DNA of 51,217 nucleotides from an uncultured Oscillospiraceae bacterium. GTDB lineage: Bacteria; Bacillota; Clostridia; Oscillospirales; Oscillospiraceae. The position numbers and the translations under genes are program-made. The notes below the pieces were generated by a model. The model made no database searches, had not been told where the DNA came from, and worked only from the letters and a program-made list of their open reading frames with translations. The number at the start of each line of letters is the position of its first letter. Positions within the stretch are counted from its first letter, which is position 1. This document shows positions 28,896 through 36,859 of this stretch, piece by piece. The stretch spans positions 1 through 51,217 of the forward strand of contig CAJUCB010000004.1 in the NCBI GenBank assembly GCA_910584805.1. Direction: 5' to 3'.

Positions 28896-30143
28896 TTACA
28901 GCAAGCCCGTCAAATGCCGCCGCACCAGGTCCAGCCCCCGCTGGGCGCTCATCCGCCGCACCCGCTCCCGGGCCACGTTCCCGGCGCGGAACTCCCGCAC
29001 GATGCACTGGTCCTCCCAGGCCAGACCCAGGTACACCAGGCCCACCGGGTTCCCCCGGCTGTCGGGGTCCGGGCCTGCCACGCCGGTGGCGGACACCGCC
29101 AAGTCGCAGCCCAGCAGCTTTTTGGCCCCCCGGGCCATGGCCTCGGCCACCTGGGGGGACACCGCGCCATACTCTGCCAGCATTTCATCCGGCACCCCCA
29201 GCACCTGGGCCTTCACTTCCTCATGGTAGCTCACCACGCCCCCCCGGAACACCTGGGACGCCCCAGGCAGGTCTGTCATCAGGCTGGCCATCATCCCGCC
29301 GGTGCAGGACTCGGCAGTGCCCAAGGTGAGGCCCCGCTCCCGGAGCAGGGCAAGGCAGACCTCTTGGATGGAGCTCACATCCACCCCAATCACCTTGTCC
29401 CCCAGGATGGCTTTTACCTCCTCCTCCACCGGGGCAATCATGGCCATGGCCTCCGCCTGGGTGGCCGCCCGGGCGGTGATGCGCAGCTCTGTCCCTGTGG
29501 GCTTGGCATAGGGGGCCAGGGTGGGGTTTTCCAGGCGGTTCATCAGGGGCCGCAAAAGGGCCTCCGCCGCGGACTCCCCAATGCCAAAGGTCTTGACCGT
29601 CCGGGAGGCGATCACCCCCTGGGACAGGGCTTCCAGGTAGGGCAAGGCCCGGTGGCGGAACATGTTCTCGCACTCCATGGGGGGCCCGGGCAGGAGGATT
29701 ACGTGGGTGCCCTCCGCAAAAAAGGCCGCCCCGGGGGCGGTGCCCCAGTCGTTGTCCAGGACAGTACAGCCCTCCGGCAGCATGGCCTGCTGTAGGTTGT
29801 TCTCTGTCATCTCGTGGCCCATGGCGGCGAAACGGGCCCGGATGCGCTCCGCCGAGGGGGCGTGGTGGAGCAGCTCCTTGCCGAAGCACTCCGCCAGCAC
29901 CAGCTTGGTGAGGTCGTCATAGGTGGGCCCCAGGCCGCCGGTGGTGATGAGGATATCCGCCCGGCCCTTGGCGATTTCCACCGCCTGGCGCAGGCGGCGG
30001 GGGTTATCCCCCACCACGGTGTGGTAATAGACGTTGATCCCCAGCTGGGACAGCCCCTGGGAGAGCATCTGGGCGTTGGTGTTGGCGATGTCCCCCAACA
30101 GCAGCTCCGTCCCTACGGCGATCAGCTCAGCGGTATGGCTCAT
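28896..30143 (-). CDS. cinA: Competence/damage-inducible protein A (CinA, with NMN deamidase domain)
   Basis: AVGTELLLG, TGGLGPTYDD, LPGPP, TAESCTGG, TGVAGP. Confidence 0.95.
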   Translation of the reverse strand: MSHTAELIAVGTELLLGDIANTNAQMLSQGLSQLGINVYYHTVVGDNPRRLRQAVEIAKGRADILITTGGLGPTYDDLTKLVLAECFGKELLHHAPSAERIRARFAAMGHEMTENNLQQAMLPEGCTVLDNDWGTAPGAAFFAEGTHVILLPGPPMECENMFRHRALPYLEALSQGVIASRTVKTFGIGESAAEALLRPLMNRLENPTLAPYAKPTGTELRITARAATQAEAMAMIAPVEEEVKAILGDKVIGVDVSSIQEVCLALLRERGLTLGTAESCTGGMMASLMTDLPGASQVFRGGVVSYHEEVKAQVLGVPDEMLAEYGAVSPQVAEAMARGAKKLLGCDLAVSATGVAGPDPDSRGNPVGLVYLGLAWEDQCIVREFRAGNVARERVRRMSAQRGLDLVRRHLTGLL

Positions 30144-31345
30144 GGTTCCATCACGATCCTTTCGATTCCGTCCACAGCCTGTTTCATCAGGGCGGGGATA
30201 TCCAAGGCCGCCTCCGCCGCCTGGATTTCCTCCAAGGAGGGGCGGGTCTTGGGATGGCGGGGGGTAAAGACGGTACAGCAGTCCTCGTAGGGGAGGATGG
30301 AGGTGTCAAAGGTGCCGATGCGCCGGGACAGGCGCACAATCTCCTCCTTGTCCATCCCCACCAGGGGCCGGAACACCGGCAGGGTGGTGGCCGCCCCCGT
30401 GACGGCCATCGCCTCCATGGTCTGGCTGGCCACCTGCCCCAGGGATTCCCCGGTGATGAGGCCCTTGGCCCCGATACGCTCCGCCACCTCCTGGGAAATG
30501 CGCATCATGAAGCGGCGCATCAGCAGGGTGAATAGCTCCTCCGGGCAGCTCCGGCGCAGGGTCTCCTGGATTTCCGTAAAGGGCACCACATGGACCGTCA
30601 GCCGCCCACACCAGGGGGTCAGCAGTTTTGCCAGGGTGAGCACCTTCTCCTTGGCCTCCGGGGAGGTATAGGGGTAGCTGAAAAAATGGACCATTTCCAG
30701 GGACACCCCCCGTTTGGCCATCATCCAGGAGGCCACAGGGCTGTCGATGCCCCCGGAGAGCAGGGACACCCCCCGGCCTCCCATGCCCACTGGCAGCCCA
30801 CCCGCCCCGGGGATGGGGTCGGCGTGGACGTAAGCGGCATAGTCCCGAACCTCCACATGGACCGTCACCTCCGGGTGGTGCATGTGGGCGGTGAGGTTGG
30901 GGAAGGCGTCGTCCAGCTCCCCCCCCACGTACTGGCTCAGCTGGATGGAGGACATGGGAAAGCTCTTATCCGAGCGCTTGGACTCCACCTTGAAGGTCTT
31001 GGCGGCGCTGAGCTCCTCCTTCAAATAGGTCTTGGCGGTCTCCACAATGGCCCCGGCGTCCTTCTCGCAGGCCTTGGCCCGGGAGAGGCCCACCACCCCG
31101 AAGAGGCGGCTCATGGCCTCAAAGGCCCCGTCCATGTCGCAGTCCGCCGTTTTCGGCTCCACATAGGTGATGGACTGGCGGGAGTAAATGCGGAACTGGC
31201 CATAGGCTTGGAGCCGGCGGCGGGCGTTGCCCATCATCCGCTCCTCAAACCCCCGGCGGTTCAGGCCCTTGAGGACCATTTCCCCCATCTTCAAAAGTAT
31301 GATTTCCTCCCCAGCGGGAGGCCCCTGATGCTTGTTTGTGGACAC
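30140..31345 (-). CDS. thiI: tRNA 4-thiouridine(8) synthase
   Basis: GEMVLKGLNR, THUMP domain, LLSGGIDSPV, GESLGQVASQT, EDCC; GTG start inferred. Confidence 0.94.
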   Translation of the reverse strand: MSTNKHQGPPAGEEIILLKMGEMVLKGLNRRGFEERMMGNARRRLQAYGQFRIYSRQSITYVEPKTADCDMDGAFEAMSRLFGVVGLSRAKACEKDAGAIVETAKTYLKEELSAAKTFKVESKRSDKSFPMSSIQLSQYVGGELDDAFPNLTAHMHHPEVTVHVEVRDYAAYVHADPIPGAGGLPVGMGGRGVSLLSGGIDSPVASWMMAKRGVSLEMVHFFSYPYTSPEAKEKVLTLAKLLTPWCGRLTVHVVPFTEIQETLRRSCPEELFTLLMRRFMMRISQEVAERIGAKGLITGESLGQVASQTMEAMAVTGAATTLPVFRPLVGMDKEEIVRLSRRIGTFDTSILPYEDCCTVFTPRHPKTRPSLEEIQAAEAALDIPALMKQAVDGIERIVMEP

Positions 31346-31372
31346 AGTTATGCTCTTCCTTTCTATTCTACC

Positions 31373-31611
31373 AGCGATCACCGCTGGAAATACTATCAAA
31401 AAAGCCTCGCAGAGTTCGTGCCCGCAGGCACGAACTTAGAGCAATTCGTTTTTTCTGGTGGCGTGTACGCCAGAAAAAACACCGCTCGGTCTGCAAGTGT
31501 GGGCTTTGTCCGCCCCAGGCGGACAAAGCCTGCGCGCAGTCAGACCGCATCCCTTCGTGGAAAAAGGCGAAGCCTTTTTCCACGCACTGAGCGATTACCG
31601 CTGGAAATACT
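31373..31611. repeat. Hairpin-rich ~195-bp element flanked by a 22-bp direct repeat
   Basis: AGCGAT(C/T)ACCGCTGGAAATACT at 31373-31394 and 31590-31611; four internal palindromes. Confidence 0.8.
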
Positions 31612-33115
31612 CTGATTCCCGATATTGGATGGCCTCCGCCAGGTGGGCGGCCTGGATGGCCTGGGCCCCGTCCAGGTCGGCGATGGTCCGGGCCACCCGG
31701 AGGATGCGGTCATAGCTCCGGGCGGTGAGGCCCATGTGGGTATAGGCCCCCTTCATCACAGCCTGCCCCGCCTGGTCCAGGGCGCAGAACTGCCGGAGCG
31801 CCTCCTGGCCCATCTCCGCGTTGCAGGCGGGGCCGTCGGGGCCGAAGCGGGCGGCCTGCCGTCCCCTGGCCGCCGCCACCCGGGCCCCCACAGCGGCGGA
31901 GGACTCCCCAGGGCTGCGGTCGGCCAGGTTGGCGAACTCCAAGGGGGGCACCTGCGCAAAGAGGTCGATGCGGTCCAGCAGGGGGCCGGAGAGCTTGCCC
32001 AGGTATTTTTTAACCTCCCCCGGCGAGCAGCGGCAGCGTCCCGAGGGATGGCCATACCAGCCGCACTTACAGGGGTTCATGGCGCACACCAGCATGAAGC
32101 GGCTGGGGTAGCGCTCCGTCCCGGCGGAACGGACCACGGAGATGGCCCCCTCCTCCATGGGCTGGCGGAGCACCTCCAGCACGTCCTTGTGGAACTCCGG
32201 CAGCTCGTCCAAAAAGAGAACCCCGTGATGGGCCAGGGAGATTTCCCCCGGCTTGGGGTAGGGGTTCCCACCCCCGGCCATCCCCGCGGAGGAAATGGTG
32301 TGGTGGGGGGCACGGAAGGGCCGGGCGGTAAGTAAGGGCCGCTCCTGGGAGGTCAGGCCCATGACAGAGTGGACCTGGGTGGCCTCCAACGCCTCCCGCC
32401 GGTTCAAGGGCGGCAGGATGGAGGGCAAACGCCGGGCCAACATGCTTTTCCCAGAGCCCGGCGGGCCAATCATGGCCACGTTATGCCCCCCGGCGGCGGC
32501 GATTTCCAGGGCCCGCTTCACCTGCTCCTGGCCCCGGACCTCGGAAAAGTCCGGCAGGGGCTGCTCCGCCGCTGTCCCCTGCCAGGGGGGCGCGGGGGAA
32601 ATGGGGGCCTCCCCAGCCAGATGGGCGGCCAGCTGCGCCACGGTTTCCACCGGGTAGACCGCTAGCTCTCCGGCGATGGTGGCCTCCGCCGCGCTGCTCT
32701 GGGGCACGTATAGCCGCTTCACCCCCGCCGCCTTGGCCGCCAGGGCCATGGGCAGCATCCCCACCACCGGGCGCAGGGCGCCCCCCAGGGAGAGTTCCCC
32801 CACAAAGGCACAGTCCGGGTCCTCCCAACACAGCTGCCCACTGGCAGAGAGGATGCCCACCAGGATGGGCAGGTCATACACCGTGCCGGATTTGCGCAGG
32901 TTGGCCGGGGCCAGGTTTACCGTAATCCGCCCCACGGGGAAGCTGAAGCCGCTGTTCTTGATGGCCGAGCGCACCCGTTCCCTGGCCTCCTTCACCGCCG
33001 CGTCCGGCAGGCCTACAATGTCGAAGTTGGGCAGGCCCCCGGCCAGGTCGCATTCGGCGGTGACCTCGTAGCCATAGATGCCCTGGAGGCCCAGGGAGCG
33101 AATCTTGTGGAGCAT
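31595..33115 (-). CDS. comM: YifB/ComM Mg-chelatase-like AAA ATPase
   Basis: IVGLPDAAVKE, VNLAPA, GPPGSGKS, FRAPHH, FLDELPEF, MNPCKCG, SGPLLDRID. Confidence 0.94.
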   Translation of the reverse strand: MLHKIRSLGLQGIYGYEVTAECDLAGGLPNFDIVGLPDAAVKEARERVRSAIKNSGFSFPVGRITVNLAPANLRKSGTVYDLPILVGILSASGQLCWEDPDCAFVGELSLGGALRPVVGMLPMALAAKAAGVKRLYVPQSSAAEATIAGELAVYPVETVAQLAAHLAGEAPISPAPPWQGTAAEQPLPDFSEVRGQEQVKRALEIAAAGGHNVAMIGPPGSGKSMLARRLPSILPPLNRREALEATQVHSVMGLTSQERPLLTARPFRAPHHTISSAGMAGGGNPYPKPGEISLAHHGVLFLDELPEFHKDVLEVLRQPMEEGAISVVRSAGTERYPSRFMLVCAMNPCKCGWYGHPSGRCRCSPGEVKKYLGKLSGPLLDRIDLFAQVPPLEFANLADRSPGESSAAVGARVAAARGRQAARFGPDGPACNAEMGQEALRQFCALDQAGQAVMKGAYTHMGLTARSYDRILRVARTIADLDGAQAIQAAHLAEAIQYRESEYFQR

Positions 33116-33249
33116 GGTACGCCCTCCCCCTCTTGTGGTTTGTTCTATCATGCCACAAATCGGGCTGCGTGGCAAGGCAAAGGGGAAAGTTTTCCCGCCC
33201 CCAGGCAGAAAAAGGGCCGGCTCCATGGCGAGCCAGCCCTTTCATCTCC

Positions 33250-34128
33250 TTATTGCACCCAATATTGCTTCACTTTTTCCTCTGCCACCTGGGGCAGCAG
33301 GTCAAACTTCGCCGCCAGGGTTCGGACCACCACGTCCTGTTCGATGGACAGCCCCTGCAAGGCAGAGACCATGGCACCGATGCCTGTTTCCAGGCCCTGC
33401 TGGCGGCCTGCCTGCATCCCCTCTTGCTTTGCCTCCAAAGCAATATTATAGTCATGAATTTCTCGGATGGTGGCATCGTCAAACAACAGTCCCATAATGT
33501 CACGAACCTCCTTTTGTCGCGCTGCCAGGAACGGCACTAAGATGTTTTCCTCCCTACACTGCCGGAGTATCCAGCGAATGGCTTCTGGGCCACTGCCGTA
33601 CTGCCGCCGGGCCTCGTCTGCGATCTGGCAGAAGCGGACATACTGGGACAGGATGTCCCCCTCCCTGCCGCCTCGCAGCACTTTGACACAGAGCTCCGCG
33701 TCCCCCTGTCCCTGGTAGAGGTCAGAGAGCCGCACGGTCTCCGGCACCTGGTTCTTGCTGCCGGTGTAAACCACGTACAACTCCGGACGGGGAATGACCA
33801 CAGGCTTGCTGCCATACAAGTCCAACTTGTGCTCCTCCACATAGCGCTTGTAGGTGTCCGCCAGGTACAGCAGCACCCGCAGGGCGATGTTGATGGAAAA
33901 GGTGCTCTGGGCCTCCATCAGCAGGAGCAGCTTATCCCGCACTTGAATCCCCAGGTCGTTGTAGATCCCGGTGGAGAGTACGTTCTCTAAGGTAACGATC
34001 TTGAAATCCGCCTCGGTCACATCCTGGTCCTCCGGATGAAGGCACAGGTAGAGCTGCCGGGTATACTCCGGCTGTTTGAAGAGATAGGTAAAGATACTGT
34101 CCTTCACGCTGTACTTCATCTCCGCCAC
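33250..34128 (-). CDS. Rpn/YhgA-like PD-(D/E)XK nuclease (putative transposase family)
   Basis: KDSIFTYLF, NDLG...LMEAQST catalytic-like motif, VVYTG, C-terminal EG/QG-spaced helix; GTG at 34128 with GAGGAGG RBS (ATG at 34119 is an alternative). Confidence 0.8.
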   Translation of the reverse strand: MAEMKYSVKDSIFTYLFKQPEYTRQLYLCLHPEDQDVTEADFKIVTLENVLSTGIYNDLGIQVRDKLLLLMEAQSTFSINIALRVLLYLADTYKRYVEEHKLDLYGSKPVVIPRPELYVVYTGSKNQVPETVRLSDLYQGQGDAELCVKVLRGGREGDILSQYVRFCQIADEARRQYGSGPEAIRWILRQCREENILVPFLAARQKEVRDIMGLLFDDATIREIHDYNIALEAKQEGMQAGRQQGLETGIGAMVSALQGLSIEQDVVVRTLAAKFDLLPQVAEEKVKQYWVQ

Positions 34129-34257
34129 TGGCACCCCTCCTCTGCCCCTATTATACCCGATCTCTCCGCCCTTCCGCAAGCCCCGCTTTTCTCAGCTTTA
34201 CAAATTGCCCATGAGGTGGTAGGATAGTACAAAAATCCCACAGAGGAGGGACTGGCA

Positions 34258-35106
34258 ATGAAGCGTGGTCTGGTGTTAGAAGGCGGCGCCATGCGGGGGA
34301 TGTTCTCCGCCGGGGCGATGGATGTGATGATGGAGCGGGGCATCTCCTTTGACGGGATCATGGGGGTCTCTGCCGGGGCGGTGTTTGGCTGCAACTACAA
34401 ATCCAACCAGCCGGGGCGGGTGCTGCGGTATAACCTGCGCTTCTGCCAGGACCCCCGCTATTGCAGCTTCCGTTCCTTCCTGAAAACCGGGGACCTCTAC
34501 GGGGGGGAATTTTGCTACCGGGAGATCCCCAACAAGCTGGACCCCTTCGACCGGGCGGCCTACCGGGCCTCCCCCATGGATTTTTACGTGGTGGCCGCCG
34601 ACGTGGAAACCGGGCAGGCGGTGTACCGCAACTGCCTAGAGGGCGGGGAGGAGGACTTGCAGTGGTTCCGGGCCTCCGCCTCCATGCCCCTGGCTGCCCA
34701 GGTGGTGGAGGTGGGGGGCCTGCGCCTGCTGGACGGGGGCATGGCGGACTCCATCCCCATCCAGAAGATGGAGTCCTTGGGCTATGACCGGAATGTGGTC
34801 ATCCTCACCCAGCCCCTGGGCTTCGTGAAGGAGAAAAATTCCGCCCTGCCCCTGATGCGCCTGGCCCTGCGCAAGTACCCCAAGCTGCTGGACACCATGG
34901 CCCGCCGCCACCAGCGCTACAACGAGACCACCGCCTACATCCGGGAGAAAGAGCGCCGGGGTGAGCTGTTCGTCCTCCGGCCGGAGGCCCCCTTGGACAT
35001 CGGCAAGGTGGAGCATAACCGGGAGAAAATCCAGGCGGTGTACGACATGGGGCGGCGGGTGATGGAAAAGCGGCTGGACGCGCTGCGGGCCTATTTGGAA
35101 CAGTAA
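34258..35106 (+). CDS. Patatin-like phospholipase
   Basis: EGGAMRG, GVSAG, ASASMP, DGG. Confidence 0.92.
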   Translation: MKRGLVLEGGAMRGMFSAGAMDVMMERGISFDGIMGVSAGAVFGCNYKSNQPGRVLRYNLRFCQDPRYCSFRSFLKTGDLYGGEFCYREIPNKLDPFDRAAYRASPMDFYVVAADVETGQAVYRNCLEGGEEDLQWFRASASMPLAAQVVEVGGLRLLDGGMADSIPIQKMESLGYDRNVVILTQPLGFVKEKNSALPLMRLALRKYPKLLDTMARRHQRYNETTAYIREKERRGELFVLRPEAPLDIGKVEHNREKIQAVYDMGRRVMEKRLDALRAYLEQ

Positions 35107-35119
35107 AAGGAGCTAGTTT

Positions 35120-36001
35120 ATGTCGACACAATACAACGATCTCATCGGCCTGTCCACCGGCTGGCGGACCATGGCCTACACCTGGCGGGATGCCGTCCTC
35201 TACGCCCTGGCGGTGGGGGCAGGCTGGGAGGAACCCCAGTACACCTACGAAAAGGACTTGCAGTGCATCCCCACCTTCGGGGTTACCCCCTATTGGAGCA
35301 CCCTCAACGTCAGCCCCAAGCCCCCGCGCCCCTGGTCCATCCCCGCCATCCTCACGGACAAGCTTCAGCCGGAGCGGCCCTTTGTGAACTACGACTATGA
35401 ATTCCTCTACCACCGCCCCATCCCGCCGATGAAGGGCAGCTTCCTCTCCCGGGACGTGCTCACCCACCTCTTCGACCGGGGGGAAGGCCGGGGTATGGTG
35501 GCCCGCTCCCAGGTGGAGGTCTTTGACGAGGGGGGCAACCTGCTGTGTACCAACCGCTGCGCCACCCTCTTCCCCTCCCTGGGGGGCTGCGGCGGGGAAC
35601 CCCTGCCCCGGCGGGAGAGCCGCATCCCTGACCGGGCCCCGGACTTCACCGCCGACGGCCAGATCGCCGGCAACCAGCACCTGCTCTACCGCCTCACCGG
35701 GGACACCAACCTGGTCCACATCGACCGGGACACCATCCAGCGCCAGGGCTTAGCGGGGCCGGTGGTCCATGACCTGTGCGCCTTTGGTTTCGCCTGCCGC
35801 CTGGCGGTGGAAACCCTCTTCCCCGGTCAGCCGGAGCGCCTCACGCGGATGTACGCCGCCATGAAAACCGTCCTCTACCCCGACACCCCCATCCAGCTGC
35901 AGCTTTGGACGCTGGACGCGGGAAAAGCCGCCTTCCGGCTCGTCAACCGGGACAGCGGCAAGGCCATCCTGGACCGGGGGGAGCTGGACTGGCGGGTCTG
36001 A
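35120..36001 (+). CDS. MaoC/double hot-dog (R)-enoyl-CoA hydratase-2-like protein
   Basis: LYALAVGA, PTFG, hydratase-2 motif YRLTGDTNLVHID. Confidence 0.85.
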   Translation: MSTQYNDLIGLSTGWRTMAYTWRDAVLYALAVGAGWEEPQYTYEKDLQCIPTFGVTPYWSTLNVSPKPPRPWSIPAILTDKLQPERPFVNYDYEFLYHRPIPPMKGSFLSRDVLTHLFDRGEGRGMVARSQVEVFDEGGNLLCTNRCATLFPSLGGCGGEPLPRRESRIPDRAPDFTADGQIAGNQHLLYRLTGDTNLVHIDRDTIQRQGLAGPVVHDLCAFGFACRLAVETLFPGQPERLTRMYAAMKTVLYPDTPIQLQLWTLDAGKAAFRLVNRDSGKAILDRGELDWRV

Positions 36002-36010
36002 GCCCATGAA

Positions 36011-36044
36011 AAAAGCTGGGGGCCTGTTGTCAGGTTCCCAGCTT
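36011..36044. terminator. Terminator hairpin between convergent genes
   Basis: AAAGCTGGG...CCCAGCTTT. Confidence 0.65.
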
Positions 36045-36083
36045 TATACTATCTGTCCCCAGCGGGACACAAAAGGCGCCCAT

Positions 36084-36677
36084 TCAATACCGCCGTACCA
36101 ACCCCACCACCTTCCCGATGATCTGGGCCATCCGGCCGTCGATGGGCTCGTAGTCTGGGTTCTCCGGCAGCAGCCAGAGGCCGCCGTCCCGGTAGGACAG
36201 GGTCTTGACTGTGGCCTCGTCCTCGAAGAGGGCCACCACGATCTCCCCCCGGCGAGCCTCCTGTTGGCTGTGAACCACCACCAGGTCCCCGGGTAAAATC
36301 CCTGCCCCCAGCATGGACTCCCCCCGCACCCGCAGGGCAAAATACTCCTCTGGGCGGCCCCCGGTGTCAAAGGGGATGTATTCCTCAATGCACTCCTCCG
36401 CCAGGATGGGGGACCCGGCGGCCACGTTGCCCAGCAGGGGGATCTGCCCCTCTGGGGGCAAGGCCTCCTCCACCAGGGTGATGGAGCGGGTCTTTCCCGG
36501 CTCCATGTAGACAATGCCCGCGTCCAGGAGCTTTTTCAGGTGGAAGTGGACGCTGGAAGTGGAACGCAAGCCCAGGTGCTCCCCGATCTCCCGGACAGTG
36601 GGGGGATAGCCCCGCTCCTGGGTGAACTGGCGCAGGAAGTCACACAGGGCCTGCTGTTTGGGGGTCAGTCTGTCCAT
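36084..36677 (-). CDS. lexA: SOS repressor LexA
   Basis: GYPPTVREIG, VAAG cleavage site, RGESM (Ser), ATVK (Lys). Confidence 0.96.
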   Translation of the reverse strand: MDRLTPKQQALCDFLRQFTQERGYPPTVREIGEHLGLRSTSSVHFHLKKLLDAGIVYMEPGKTRSITLVEEALPPEGQIPLLGNVAAGSPILAEECIEEYIPFDTGGRPEEYFALRVRGESMLGAGILPGDLVVVHSQQEARRGEIVVALFEDEATVKTLSYRDGGLWLLPENPDYEPIDGRMAQIIGKVVGLVRRY

Positions 36678-36743
36678 GCTCTCACCCTCCTTGGGGAACG
36701 GCGTTTGCTTTGCCCGTAGTATACCACACTTTTCCTAGGAAAT

Positions 36744-36757
36744 CAAACAGATGTTCG
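36744..36757 (-). promoter_or_regulatory. SOS (Cheo) box overlapping the lexA -35
   Basis: CGAACATCTGTTTG versus Firmicutes CGAAC-N4-GTTCG; promoter TTGATT-N17-TATAAC with extended TG. Confidence 0.8.
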
Positions 36758-36859
36758 TCAAACAACCCCCGGTCTTTGGGACCAGGGGCTGTTTTTGGGC
36801 CTGGATTTTTCTTTGTGTTACTGGGATTCTGGAAAAAACGCCGTCCTCCATCCTGCCCT

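Noticed and set aside
33250..34128. Calling the Rpn-like gene an active IS element
   Set aside because: No terminal inverted repeats or target duplication seen, and the family is not shown to transpose
36695..36707. Second SOS-box-like GAAC-ggc-GTTTG near the lexA RBS
   Set aside because: Spacer is 3 nt rather than the required 4
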